Notes under the pieces: generated by a model
The model's database searches: none
Told to the model about the DNA's origin: nothing
What the model saw: only the letters and a program-made list of their open reading frames with translations
Part shown: positions 39,751 through 48,821 of the stretch, piece after piece
Numbering within the stretch: position 1 is the stretch's first letter
Layout: the number at the start of each line of letters is the position of its first letter
Origin: an uncultured Chloroflexia bacterium
GTDB taxonomy: Bacteria; Chloroflexota; Limnocylindria; Limnocylindrales; CSP1-4
Reading direction: 5' to 3'
Length of the DNA stretch: 64,000 nucleotides
Assembly (NCBI GenBank): GCA_963746845.1
Contig: CAVVCZ010000004.1
Coordinates: forward strand, 864,001 to 928,000
Program-made: the position numbers and the translations under genes

Positions 39751-42099
39751 TCAGGCGGCCCGAGCGGCGGCGGGAGTCGCCTCCGGGTGCTCGTCACCGA
39801 GCGCCAGATAGAGCTCTTCCTCCTGGGCCATGTGGAGACGCAGGATCGCGTCGAGGCCGTAGAGCACGCGGCGCAGGTCCGTGAGGTCCTGGGGCCCCGG
39901 GCCTTCCTCGGGCACCTCCGCCACGAGGCGGTCCACCAGCCGGATCAGGTGGAAGATCTCGGTGTGGGTGCGATGGAGGGCGGCGGTCACGTCGTCGTTG
40001 CCGATGGCGCTCGCCAGGAGTGGGAAGACCTCCCGGTCTTCGGCCTCCTCGTGCCGGATGAGCGTCGTCAGGAGGAACGAGCGAATCCGCTGCATCTCGT
40101 CGCGGGCCACACCCGGCGGCACTGAGCCGAGCCCGTCGGCAAGCACGCGGATGCCCGCCATGGGCCGCGCGAGCTCACGGTGCTCGGCGCGAAGGCGAAC
40201 GCCGATCTCGGTCCAGCCCGGAATCTTCGGCGTCTTCTCCAGGCCACCTCCCAGCGCCCGCAGGGCGTTGATGATCACGATCACGTCGATGACCTCCTGG
40301 AGGAGCGCGCCGGCGACGGGCGGCAGGACACCCGTCATCGCGACGAGCATTGCGGCGATCGACAGGCCCATCCCGACAGCCACGCTCTGGAGGGCGATCG
40401 TCCGCGACCGGCTGGCGATCCGGATCGCCTCCGGCAAGCGGTCCAGCCGATCGACGGTGATGACGATGTCCGCCGCCTCGGAGCTGGCTGTGGCGCCCCG
40501 GGCACCCATGGCGACGCCGACATCTGCCGCCGCCAACGCCGGCGCGTCGTTGATCCCGTCGCCCACCATGACGAGGATGCCGTCCGCCTCCGCTCGCTCG
40601 TCCTTGACTGCGTCCACCTTGTCGGCCGGCGTGCGTTCCGCCAGGACCGCATCCACGCCGATCGCAGCGGCCACCATGTCCGCCACCCCGTAATGGTCCC
40701 CGGTCACCATGACCGTCCGGCGCACGCCCGCGCGGCGGAGCGAGCGGATGACCCTCGCCGTCTCGGGGCGAATCGGATCCTCGAGCACCAGTGCCCCGAC
40801 CATCACCCCGTCGACGGCCACGAACACGCTGGTGGCACCCTCGAGGCTCACGCGGCGTCGGACGTCCCGCGCCCAGCTGGGCAGGCCACTCCCTCCACTG
40901 GCGAAGTCGGGAGTGCCGGCCACCACCGCGCGGCCACCGACGCGGCCCGAAACGCCGGAGCCTGGGACCTCGACGACGTTGTCTGGAAGGACGAGCGCCA
41001 CGCCGCGCTCGCGGGCACCGCTGACGATCGAGGCTGCGAGGACGTGTGGCGACACCTGCTCGAGCGAGGCGGCGACGATCAGCACATCGTCCGCGGCCGC
41101 GCCGGGGGCGGTGACGACGTCGGTCAGCTGGGGGCGCCCGACGGTCAGGGTGCCGGTCTTGTCGAACAGCAGAACGCGGGCCCTGGAGATGGACTCCAGC
41201 GCGCCGCCGCCCTTCACGATGATCCCCCGGCGGGCCGCCCGGCTGATCCCGGCCACGATCGCGATCGGCACCGCGAGGAGCAGCGGGCACGGGGTCGCGA
41301 CGACGAGGACCGCCACCGCCCGCACGGGGTCCCCGGAGAGGATCCAGGCCAGCGCCGCCAGACCGAGCGCCAGGGGGACGAACAACAGGGCAAAGCGGTC
41401 GGCCAGACGGACGAACGGCGCCTTGGACGATTGCGCCTGCTCGACCAGACGCACGATGCCCGCGTAGGTGCTGCGCTCCGCGGTCGCTGTGGCCAACAGG
41501 TCGAACGGGGCGCCCGCGTTGACCGTCCCGGAGCTGACGGGATCGCCTGCCTCGCGCGTGGCGAGCCGCGATTCGCCGGTCAGCGCCGACTCATCGATGA
41601 CCGCCGGCACGCCCGTGACGGTGCCGTCCACCGGCACGACCTCGCCCGGCTTCACGAGGATCCGGTCGCCGACTTCAACGACCGCGATCGGGTGATCGAC
41701 GATCCCGCCGTTCTCGTGGCGGTGGACCGCCTGCGGGGCGCGTGAGATCAGCGCCGACAGCTCACGATGGGCCCGGCCGGCCGCGTAGCGCTCGAGCCAC
41801 TGTCCGGTCGCGAGCATGACCGCGATCACTGCGGCGGCGAGCGACTCATCGAGCACGAGGGCTCCGCCGATCGCCAGGACGGCGATGATGTCGACGCCGG
41901 CCTCATGCCTGATCAGGTCGGCGATGATCGACGCGACCAGCCAGATGCCGACGAGCAGGGCCGGGACGGTCCAGGCCCACCAAGCGAGGGAGTCGTTGCC
42001 GGCGACCGTCGCCACGATGCCGAGCACCAGCCCGCCGGCCGTGAGGGGGAGCATCGTGCGCTCCGCGAGCCTGCGGAGGGTCGTCAGGATTCGGGCCAT
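39751..42099 (-). CDS. P1B-5-type heavy-metal P-type ATPase with C-terminal hemerythrin domain
   Basis: TGES, ATPCPL, DKTGT, HP-equivalent SPH, MVGDGIND, QEVID; C-terminal H...HEEAED...H...HMAQEE. Confidence 0.9.
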   Translation of the reverse strand: MARILTTLRRLAERTMLPLTAGGLVLGIVATVAGNDSLAWWAWTVPALLVGIWLVASIIADLIRHEAGVDIIAVLAIGGALVLDESLAAAVIAVMLATGQWLERYAAGRAHRELSALISRAPQAVHRHENGGIVDHPIAVVEVGDRILVKPGEVVPVDGTVTGVPAVIDESALTGESRLATREAGDPVSSGTVNAGAPFDLLATATAERSTYAGIVRLVEQAQSSKAPFVRLADRFALLFVPLALGLAALAWILSGDPVRAVAVLVVATPCPLLLAVPIAIVAGISRAARRGIIVKGGGALESISRARVLLFDKTGTLTVGRPQLTDVVTAPGAAADDVLIVAASLEQVSPHVLAASIVSGARERGVALVLPDNVVEVPGSGVSGRVGGRAVVAGTPDFASGGSGLPSWARDVRRRVSLEGATSVFVAVDGVMVGALVLEDPIRPETARVIRSLRRAGVRRTVMVTGDHYGVADMVAAAIGVDAVLAERTPADKVDAVKDERAEADGILVMVGDGINDAPALAAADVGVAMGARGATASSEAADIVITVDRLDRLPEAIRIASRSRTIALQSVAVGMGLSIAAMLVAMTGVLPPVAGALLQEVIDVIVIINALRALGGGLEKTPKIPGWTEIGVRLRAEHRELARPMAGIRVLADGLGSVPPGVARDEMQRIRSFLLTTLIRHEEAEDREVFPLLASAIGNDDVTAALHRTHTEIFHLIRLVDRLVAEVPEEGPGPQDLTDLRRVLYGLDAILRLHMAQEEELYLALGDEHPEATPAAARAA

Positions 42100-42143
42100 A
42101 TGCCGATGCTATCGACGATCCACGGCCGTGCACCCTGCCGGTT

Positions 42144-42170
42144 GGACCAATTCGTCGGGACCAGTCCGTC
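42144..42170. promoter_or_regulatory. Tandem 13-bp repeats upstream of the P-type ATPase
   Basis: GGACCAATTCGTC (42144) and GGACCAGTCCGTC (42158); -10 TAGCAT 6 nt before ATG. Confidence 0.45.
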
Positions 42171-42243
42171 CCTGCGCCGCGGGACCGGGCCGGCATCGAG
42201 CGCAGAAGGTCATCAAGACGCCCCGGGTCGCCTTGTCTCTCTC

Positions 42244-43560
42244 CTACATCCCCGTCCGGGCCATCCGCCAGATGGCCCGGACCGTCGGCCGCTGGCCGTA
42301 CAGGAGCACGCCGGCCGCGTAGATCCGGGCCGCGATCCACAGTGCGGTCGCGATCGCGACCGCCAGGAGCACGATCGCCAGCATGACCTCGGGCACCGAC
42401 GCCGCACCCGCCGACACGCGGCCCAGGACCATGAATGGACTGACGAACGGGACGAAGGCGAGGAAGGCGATCCAGCCGTCGCGCATGTTCAGGAGACCCG
42501 TCGAAGCATAGACGGCGACGAGATACGCCCCGGTCGAGATGATCGCAAGCGGCATGACGGCCGCCTGGACGTCCTCCTGGCGGCTGACCAACGAACCCGC
42601 GGCCGCGTACAGCACGCCATACAGCAGGAAGCCCAGGACCCCGAACACGCCGAGCAGGAGCAGCAAGCCGAGGGTGAGCCCCGCCGGCAGCGCGGTGCCG
42701 GTGCCCGTCTCGCCCAGGACGGCACTCGCGACCGGGCCCTCGACAAGGAGCGCGATGGCGCCCGCTCCGAGGATGGCCGCGTATTGAGTCAGGGCCACGG
42801 CACCGACGCCGAGAACCTTGCCGCTCAGCAGCTGGAACGGCGTGGTGGCGTTGAGGACGACCTCCATGACCCGCGAGGATTTCTCCTCGACCACGCTCAT
42901 CGCAATCCAGTTCCCGTACAGGATGATGAGCATGAAGATGAGGATCGTGAGGCCGATCCCGAGCAGCCAGTCGGCACCGGTCTGGGCGGCGTCGGGGCCG
43001 GGGCCCGTCCGCGCGGGGTCAGGCCAGCTCACGGTCAGCTGCGCAGGCCGGAACAGGGACGCCGCCTGGCCCGGGTCGACGCCGAGTCGGTCCAGCCGAT
43101 CGGCGATGGCGATCGTCGTGGTCGCCAGGAGCGCCGTCCGGTTGGCCCCGGGGTCGTCGCTGTACAGCGTGAACCGTAGCTCACCGTCGGTCGCGCGGTC
43201 GATCGCCAGGACCGCGGCAAGGCGGCCGTCGACGACGTCCTGCCGGGCGCGGGCCAGGTCCGCTACGCGGGTCACGGTGAAGTCGGTGCCGGCAGCGGAA
43301 TCGGCGGATGCCTGCCCCGTCGGTGCGTTCAGGATGGCCGTGAGCGATGCGACGGGATCCGCGGCCATGTCGCTCGCCGCGACGAAGACCCCGATCTCCT
43401 GGGTCTCGGTCCGGTCGATGTAGCGAGTGATGACCGGCAGCAGCGCCACGGCAACAATCGCCAAGGCGAGGATGACCGTGCCCAGGACGAAGCTCCTGGT
43501 CCGGACCCGGACGACATACTCACGTCGGGCGATGGTGGCGATGGTCGACAGGTTGGTCAT
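42244..43560 (-). CDS. ABC-2 exporter permease (NatB/YhaP-like)
   Basis: IARREY..RVR, EEKSSRVME, L.GK..G, multiple TMs. Confidence 0.9.
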   Translation of the reverse strand: MTNLSTIATIARREYVVRVRTRSFVLGTVILALAIVAVALLPVITRYIDRTETQEIGVFVAASDMAADPVASLTAILNAPTGQASADSAAGTDFTVTRVADLARARQDVVDGRLAAVLAIDRATDGELRFTLYSDDPGANRTALLATTTIAIADRLDRLGVDPGQAASLFRPAQLTVSWPDPARTGPGPDAAQTGADWLLGIGLTILIFMLIILYGNWIAMSVVEEKSSRVMEVVLNATTPFQLLSGKVLGVGAVALTQYAAILGAGAIALLVEGPVASAVLGETGTGTALPAGLTLGLLLLLGVFGVLGFLLYGVLYAAAGSLVSRQEDVQAAVMPLAIISTGAYLVAVYASTGLLNMRDGWIAFLAFVPFVSPFMVLGRVSAGAASVPEVMLAIVLLAVAIATALWIAARIYAAGVLLYGQRPTVRAIWRMARTGM

Positions 43561-44534
43561 GACGGAACCTCGGGCCTCGCCAGGGTCGTCGCTTCCCGCT
43601 CGAGGGCCCCGACCCGTTCCACGAAGACCTCCTCGAGCGACGGATCGGCGACTTCGAACCGCAGCACATCGCCCCCGTGATCGATCGCGGCGTGCAGGAG
43701 CTCCTGGGGATCGCCGCCTGAGTCGACGTTGACCTCGGTGTAGTCCTCGCCCTGGCGGGTCACGACGACGTGCGGGAGCGATCGCAGCCAGGTGAGGTCT
43801 CCGTCACGACTCGTGGCCAGCCGGACCGTCTGCCGCCCCGTCGACCGCTTCACCTCTCGGGTCGGCCCCGCCGTGACGATCGTCCCGTGGTCGATGATCG
43901 CCACGGATTCGCACAGCTCCTCCGCCATGTCGAGCTGATGGGTGCTGAAGACGAGCGTCTTGCCGCGGTCGCGCATCTCGAGGAGCGCGGCCTTGAGGAG
44001 CAGGACGTTGACTGGATCGAGACCGACGAACGGCTCGTCCATCAGGATCACATCAGGGTCGTGGAGCACGGTCGCGATGAACTGGACCTTCTGCTGATTG
44101 CCCTTCGACAGGCTCTCGGCCCGGCGCTCGGCGGCATCGGCGATCCGGAACCGAGCGAGCCAGTCGAGCGCGTCCGAGCGGGCCTTCGACCGGGACACTC
44201 CGTACAGCGAGGCGTAATAGACCAGCTGATCGAGGACGGGCATGCGGAGGTAGAGACCGCGTTCTTCCGGCATGTAGCCCCACGTGCGGCGCGGCCAGCT
44301 CTTCGCTTCCCGATCGTTCCAGGTGACCGTGCCCTCGTCCGCGTGAAGAAACCCCAGCGCGATCCGCATCGTGGTCGTCTTGCCGGCGCCGTTGGCACCG
44401 AGGAATCCGAAGACCTCGCCTTGACGGACTTCGAAGGTCACGCCGTCGAGCGCCTGGACCTCGCCGAACCGCTTGCGCAAGCCGTCGATCTTGAGCACGA
44501 GTCCAGTGTCCGAGGGCGCCACCGGTCCGGACAA
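43557..44534 (-). CDS. ABC exporter ATP-binding protein (YhaQ-like)
   Basis: GANGAGKTT, GYMPEERGLY, LSKGNQQK, DEPF.GLDP, PSLEEVF. Confidence 0.92.
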   Translation of the reverse strand: MSGPVAPSDTGLVLKIDGLRKRFGEVQALDGVTFEVRQGEVFGFLGANGAGKTTTMRIALGFLHADEGTVTWNDREAKSWPRRTWGYMPEERGLYLRMPVLDQLVYYASLYGVSRSKARSDALDWLARFRIADAAERRAESLSKGNQQKVQFIATVLHDPDVILMDEPFVGLDPVNVLLLKAALLEMRDRGKTLVFSTHQLDMAEELCESVAIIDHGTIVTAGPTREVKRSTGRQTVRLATSRDGDLTWLRSLPHVVVTRQGEDYTEVNVDSGGDPQELLHAAIDHGGDVLRFEVADPSLEEVFVERVGALEREATTLARPEVPS

Positions 44535-44697
44535 GGTCCGTTCGGCCCAATCGCCGAAGCCCGTCGGTCCCGACGTTCCGCTCCGGCCGCGGGCCCAATC
44601 CGGCGCACGCGCGTTGCGACATTCAGGTCGCTGATCCCGAAGACCTCAGCGGTCCGCCGGTGGCTCCGGGGCCACGACTTCTCGATCTACCAACGTT

Positions 44698-44753
44698 TGG
44701 TGCCGGAGGCGAGATTCGAACTCGCAAGGTGTCTCCACCAGCGGTGTTTAAGA
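44698..44753 (-). repeat. Duplicated 3' portion of tRNA-Leu(TAA) (att site)
   Basis: 56 bp matching 47528-47583 with one mismatch; ends just past the anticodon loop. Confidence 0.92.
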
Positions 44754-44942
44754 GCGGGTTGTTTCAGCTCGGCCCGAGCGACGGTCTAGCTGTCACACGT
44801 AGCCGACGCGCGGAGCGGCGGGTCACTCGGCAGCCCAGACGCTCGCGATCACCTGGCGGTTACGCCCGACCTCGGCGCCGGGGATCGTCGCCCACGTGAT
44901 CAGCCAGGCGGCGAGGCCGTCACCGGGCGGCCCGGCTCGACT

Positions 44943-45979
44943 TCAGGGCTTCCGGACGATGTCGTCGGGGACGTTGTCGAGCACCGAGGCCGCGCCGTTC
45001 AGCGTGAGATGGCCACCGATCCAGAGGAAGACACCGCCCCCCTGGGCAGCCCGGTTGTGATGGACCGAGGCCGAAATCGTTGAGCACGGCGTCGGCCATG
45101 GCGAGCCAGATGCCGCCGCCGCCCTCGGCGACGTCGCTGTCTCCGGTCGCGGTGTTGTCGTGGACCGAGCTCGTGCCGTTGAGGATCAGGGGCCCGGACT
45201 CGCTGACCTCGATGCCGCCGCCGGAGGTTGCGCTGTTGTGATCGACGGAGCTCGCGCCATCGAGCTCGATCGGCTCGGCATGGGTAGCGAAGATGCCGCC
45301 GCCGTCGCCGGTCGTCGTGTTGGCCGTCACGATGCTGTCCCGGAGGGTCACGCCGCCGTCAAAGACGCTGATGCCGCCGCCAGTGTTTCCGATGATCGTC
45401 GATCGGATCAGCATCAGCTTGCCCTGGAACCCGACCCCGACGCCGACGCCAGTGTTGTGGCTTATCGTGGAATCGAGGATCGTCAGCATGGCCAGAGGGT
45501 CCTCGCTGGTGGGCCTGTCCGTCCGAGACCCCGCCGCCACCGTTGTTTCGGATGACATCGCGGACGAGGGTCAGGGAGCCGTGGTTGGTGATCCCGCCAC
45601 CGGGTGTCCCCAGCCCGTTCGCGATGGTCAGGCTCCGGATCGTGACGGTCACGCCCCCCGCAACGGTCACGACCGAGCCGGCCCGTTGGCCGTCGAGGAT
45701 CGGCCGACCGAAGTGGGTACTGCGCATGCCGACGATCGTGAGGTTCTTCGGGATGGTCGTCGTCCCCTGGCAGGTGCCATAGACGAGGAGCGTGTCGCCC
45801 GCCCGGGCGCGATTGACGGCCCACTGGAGGCGGGAGTGCCGCGCCGCGCTGCGGACGTCCACCACCCGACACTTCGGCGTGCTGGCTGACGCCACGGACA
45901 CTGCCGCAGGCACCATGGCGAACGCCAGCGCGCCGGCCAACGCCAGACTCACGCGCACGGCGCGTGGACGGGATGTCAT
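44943..45979 (-). pseudogene. Secreted right-handed beta-helix (pectin-lyase/Pmp-like) protein with two frameshifts
   Basis: Signal peptide, LQ.AV..A..GDTL, GGGI / N.A..GGG repeats; frame changes near 45520 and 45075. Confidence 0.78.
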
Positions 45980-46158
45980 CTCCTGCCTCCATCGCCTTCC
46001 GGCGAGGCGGTACAGGCCTCGCCCACCCGAACGACCTCCGTCTTCGGGCCCGAATGAGACGCGAGAACCGCCCCATCGTTGCACCTTCACGTCTGAGGAT
46101 CGTCTCGGCCCGCCACGGTGCGGTTGCGGACGCGGTCGCGTCGTGTAGCGTCTGGGCT

Positions 46159-46201
46159 GGTCGCCGAGTACCGGCGCGCGACCCCATCGGAGGAGGTCGC
46201 C
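46159..46201 (+). promoter_or_regulatory. Conserved structured leader, copy 1
   Basis: GGTCGCCGAGTACCGGCGCGCGACCCC...AGGAGGTCGCC. Confidence 0.7.
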
Positions 46202-46203
46202 CG

Positions 46204-46434
46204 ATGTCTCGACGATCCGCCCGGAACGGATCCACCAGGCACATCGCGCCGGCACGGTGCAGCGCCTCATCGGCGAGGGCGAGCTCCCGGAGCGCGCGGA
46301 GGCGCTGGTGGCTTGCTGGGAGACGTACGCAGCCGCCGACGGTCTCGAGCGCGAACGGGCGGTGGTGGGAGGCGGGCTGGGCGTGGATGCACGCCCAACG
46401 CGCGGAACGTCACGCCGACGTAGCGTCGTTGTAA
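46204..46434 (+). pseudogene. Small unknown protein, paralog 1 (two compensating frameshifts)
   Basis: Reconstructed MSRRS.PERIHQAHRAGTVQRLIGEGELPERAEALVACWE...GLERDGRWWEAGWAW by alignment with paralog 3. Confidence 0.65.
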
Positions 46435-46472
46435 GGTCGAGCGCAAGGTCGTCGCGGCAACATCTGTGGGCC

Positions 46473-46721
46473 ATGTACCAGTCAGGCGTGCATCCCGCGG
46501 TTGCTCGCGATCGTGCCCGACGGGCGATCGCCACCGCTCGGGCGCGCGTGGTCGAGCGGCTCGTTCGCGACGGCATGCCGTCACGGACCGCGGAGCCGCT
46601 GGTGGACGAGTGGCTTCGGAGCACCGACATGCTGGTGGACTTCCGGGCGGCTCCGGACTTCTGGCATCTCGCCTACCAGTTCGCGCTGGAGGAATACCGC
46701 CGCCGGGACACGGCCGGCTAG
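46473..46721 (+). CDS. Small unknown protein, paralog 2 (divergent)
   Basis: RARVVERLVRDGMPSRTAEPLVDEW...FW..A aligns with RAGTVQRLIGEGELPERAEALVACW...WW..G. Confidence 0.6.
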   Translation: MYQSGVHPAVARDRARRAIATARARVVERLVRDGMPSRTAEPLVDEWLRSTDMLVDFRAAPDFWHLAYQFALEEYRRRDTAG

Positions 46722-46873
46722 TGTCCGGTCGGAGGACGTAGCACGGCGGGTGGACCGAGTCGTTCGCGCGTCGATCACCCTCCGCTATTCGGGGTAGATA
46801 CGGAGGCGTAACGTTCTCGGCAGCCCCGGAGCGAAGATTTCCCCCCATCTTCGCGCCGCGGGCCTGAGTTCTC

Positions 46874-46917
46874 GGTCGCCGAGTACCGGCGCGCGACCCC
46901 GTCGTCAGGAGGTCGCC
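46874..46917 (+). promoter_or_regulatory. Conserved structured leader, copy 2
   Basis: 27 bp identical to 46159-46185, then the same AGGAGGTCGCC. Confidence 0.7.
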
Positions 46918-46919
46918 AC

Positions 46920-47462
46920 GTGTCTCGCCCATCGACGCCCGAACCCATCTACCAGGCGCGTCGCGCCGGGACACTCCAGCGCCTGATCGGCGAGGGTGAA
47001 CTGCCGGACCGCGCCGAGCGTCTGGTCGCGCTGTTGGAGGCGGAGACGGCTCGGGACGGCCTCGAGCGGGACGGACGGTATCGACAGGACGATGAACCCG
47101 ACGAACCACAGAAAGATCATCGTGAACGCGATGCCACTGCCGATGGCCGTGCCGGCCTGACAGGCCGCGCGGGTGTTGCCGACCTCCAACCGGCGGCCGC
47201 CAAGAACCTGACCGGTACGTTCGACCACTGGGAACCGGTCGATGACGGTCACGGCCACGCGTACTTCGCGGTCACGAACAACGGTTCGGCTGCCGCCACA
47301 GCTGAATGCACGGTCCAGGTCCGTGACGACTTCGGCGACTTCGGATTCGACTCGCTCGTCGGGGAGACGGTCGAGCCCGGCAAGACGATCACCGGACGCA
47401 TGGCCCTGAGCGTCGGGAAGGGCTCGTTCTTGATCAACAGCGGCTCGGTCACGAACTGCTAA
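46920..47462 (+). CDS. Mosaic ORF: truncated paralog 3 + inverted membrane-gene fragment + Ig-like C-terminal fragment
   Basis: Homology to paralog 1 stops at GLERDGRY (about 47081); minus strand 47080-47180 reads AGTAIGSGIAFTMIFLWFVGFIVLSI; tail is beta-rich with 2 Cys. Confidence 0.5.
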   Translation: MSRPSTPEPIYQARRAGTLQRLIGEGELPDRAERLVALLEAETARDGLERDGRYRQDDEPDEPQKDHRERDATADGRAGLTGRAGVADLQPAAAKNLTGTFDHWEPVDDGHGHAYFAVTNNGSAAATAECTVQVRDDFGDFGFDSLVGETVEPGKTITGRMALSVGKGSFLINSGSVTNC

Positions 47463-47527
47463 AGGTCCGATACAGCCACGTGATGTCCGCCAGTGTTCGC
47501 CTGATGATGCCGCGATGCTGCCAATGT

Positions 47528-47614
47528 TGGTGCCGGAGGCGAGATTCGAACTCGCAAGGTGTCACCACCAGCGGTGTTTAAGACCGCCGCGTCTGCCTGT
47601 TCCGCCACTCCGGC
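47528..47614 (-). tRNA. tRNA-Leu(TAA)
   Basis: GCCGGAG/CTCCGGC acceptor, GCGGT-CT-TAA-AC-ACCGC, long variable arm, TTCGAAT, encoded CCA. Confidence 0.96.
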
Positions 47615-47679
47615 CCGGCGATCATCGTAGACGCCGGCCGGCGGCGGTCGGCGACGGCGGCGCATGGCATCCTGACGCC

Positions 47680-48336
47680 GTGTACGTCCCCGATCACTTC
47701 CGCCCGACCGACGACGACGTCCGGCGGCTGCTCGCCAACCTCGACGCGGCGGACCTGATCGCGCCGACCGCGGACGGCCTGCTCGCGACGTTCCTGCCGC
47801 TGATCTTCGAGGCTCCCGGCGCCTCGCCCGAGGCCGGCGAGCACGGTCGCCTGATGGGCCATGTGGCGCGGAACAACCGACAGTGGAAGACGCCCGCGAC
47901 CGGCGAGGCGCTCGTCATCGTCCGCGGCCCGGAGGCGTACATCTCGCCGGCCTGGTACGCCACCAAGCGGGAGCACGGCCGCGTCGTCCCGACCTGGAAC
48001 TACATCACGGCCCATGTCCATGGACGGCTCGTCGTCCACGACGACCGCGACTGGATCGAGCGGAACGTCCGGGCCCTGGTCGACCGGCACGAGGGCACCC
48101 GGCCCGAGCCGTGGTCGGTCGACGACGCGCCGGTCGAGTACATCGAGGGCCAGCTCCGGGCGATCGTCGGCGTCGAGGTCGTGATCAGCCGGATCGAGGC
48201 GAAGGTGAAGCTGAGCCAGAACCGATCGAATGCCGACGTCGAGGGCGCGATCGACGGGCTCGAGGGGGTCGGTGACGCACGCTCCCTGGCGACGGCGGCC
48301 GCGATGCGCGCGACGGAGGACGTCCGGGGCCGCTAG
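47680..48336 (+). CDS. PaiB-like FMN-binding protein
   Basis: MYVP.HF, GHVARNN.QW, GP.AYISP.WY, VPTWNY..AHVHG, K.KLSQN. Confidence 0.92.
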   Translation: MYVPDHFRPTDDDVRRLLANLDAADLIAPTADGLLATFLPLIFEAPGASPEAGEHGRLMGHVARNNRQWKTPATGEALVIVRGPEAYISPAWYATKREHGRVVPTWNYITAHVHGRLVVHDDRDWIERNVRALVDRHEGTRPEPWSVDDAPVEYIEGQLRAIVGVEVVISRIEAKVKLSQNRSNADVEGAIDGLEGVGDARSLATAAAMRATEDVRGR

Positions 48337-48758
48337 GACCGTTCGAGCGCGATCACGGGGAGCTCCCGGTGGGTCATCGTCTCGTATCGTGCGAAGACGG
48401 GCAGGGCGGCCTTGTGCGCCGCCCAGAGCCGCTCTCGCTCCGCGCCGGACGTGATCCGGGCGAGCGCCGGGAACGTCTCGGTCCCGACCTCGACGACGAC
48501 ATGGGGATCAGCGCGGATGTTGGCCACCCAGGCCGGATCGTGGGCGTGGCCGCTGTTGGATCCGACGACGACCCAGCGGTCGGCATCGCTGGTGTAGCCG
48601 AGCGGCGTCACGCGTGGCTCACCGGACCGGGCCCCGGTCGTGGTGAGAAGCAGCACGTTCGCACCCTTGAGCGGTCCCTGGGTGATCTCTCCGTCATGAG
48701 CCCGGAAGTCCGCCAGGTGGGTCTCGTTCCAGTCGACTTCGGACGCGGGGATCGGCAT
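48333..48758 (-). CDS. Deazaflavin (F420H2)-dependent nitroreductase/Ddn family
   Basis: LLLTTTGARSGEPR.TPL, SNSG...P.W..N..ADP.V.VE, Y...T.RE.PV. Confidence 0.9.
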   Translation of the reverse strand: MPIPASEVDWNETHLADFRAHDGEITQGPLKGANVLLLTTTGARSGEPRVTPLGYTSDADRWVVVGSNSGHAHDPAWVANIRADPHVVVEVGTETFPALARITSGAERERLWAAHKAALPVFARYETMTHRELPVIALERS

Positions 48759-48821
48759 CCCGTGATGCTACCAGTGTCCGTTGCCCGAGCAACGATCCGT
48801 GCCGAGCCGGCGCCGGGCTGC

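Larger units (their letters stand above)
44698..47583. mobile_element. About 2.9-kb genomic islet integrated at tRNA-Leu(TAA); no integrase
   Basis: Flanked by direct repeats of the tRNA 3' end; contains fragmented genes. Confidence 0.82.

Noticed and set aside
44698-44760. Second tRNA-Leu gene
   Set aside because: Lacks the D arm and 5' acceptor strand; it is an att duplication
44600-44800. Extra copies of the 11-6-11 motif (TCGCAACGCG on minus strand near 44610; TGTCACACG near 44791)
   Set aside because: Only isolated half-matches; compatible with chance
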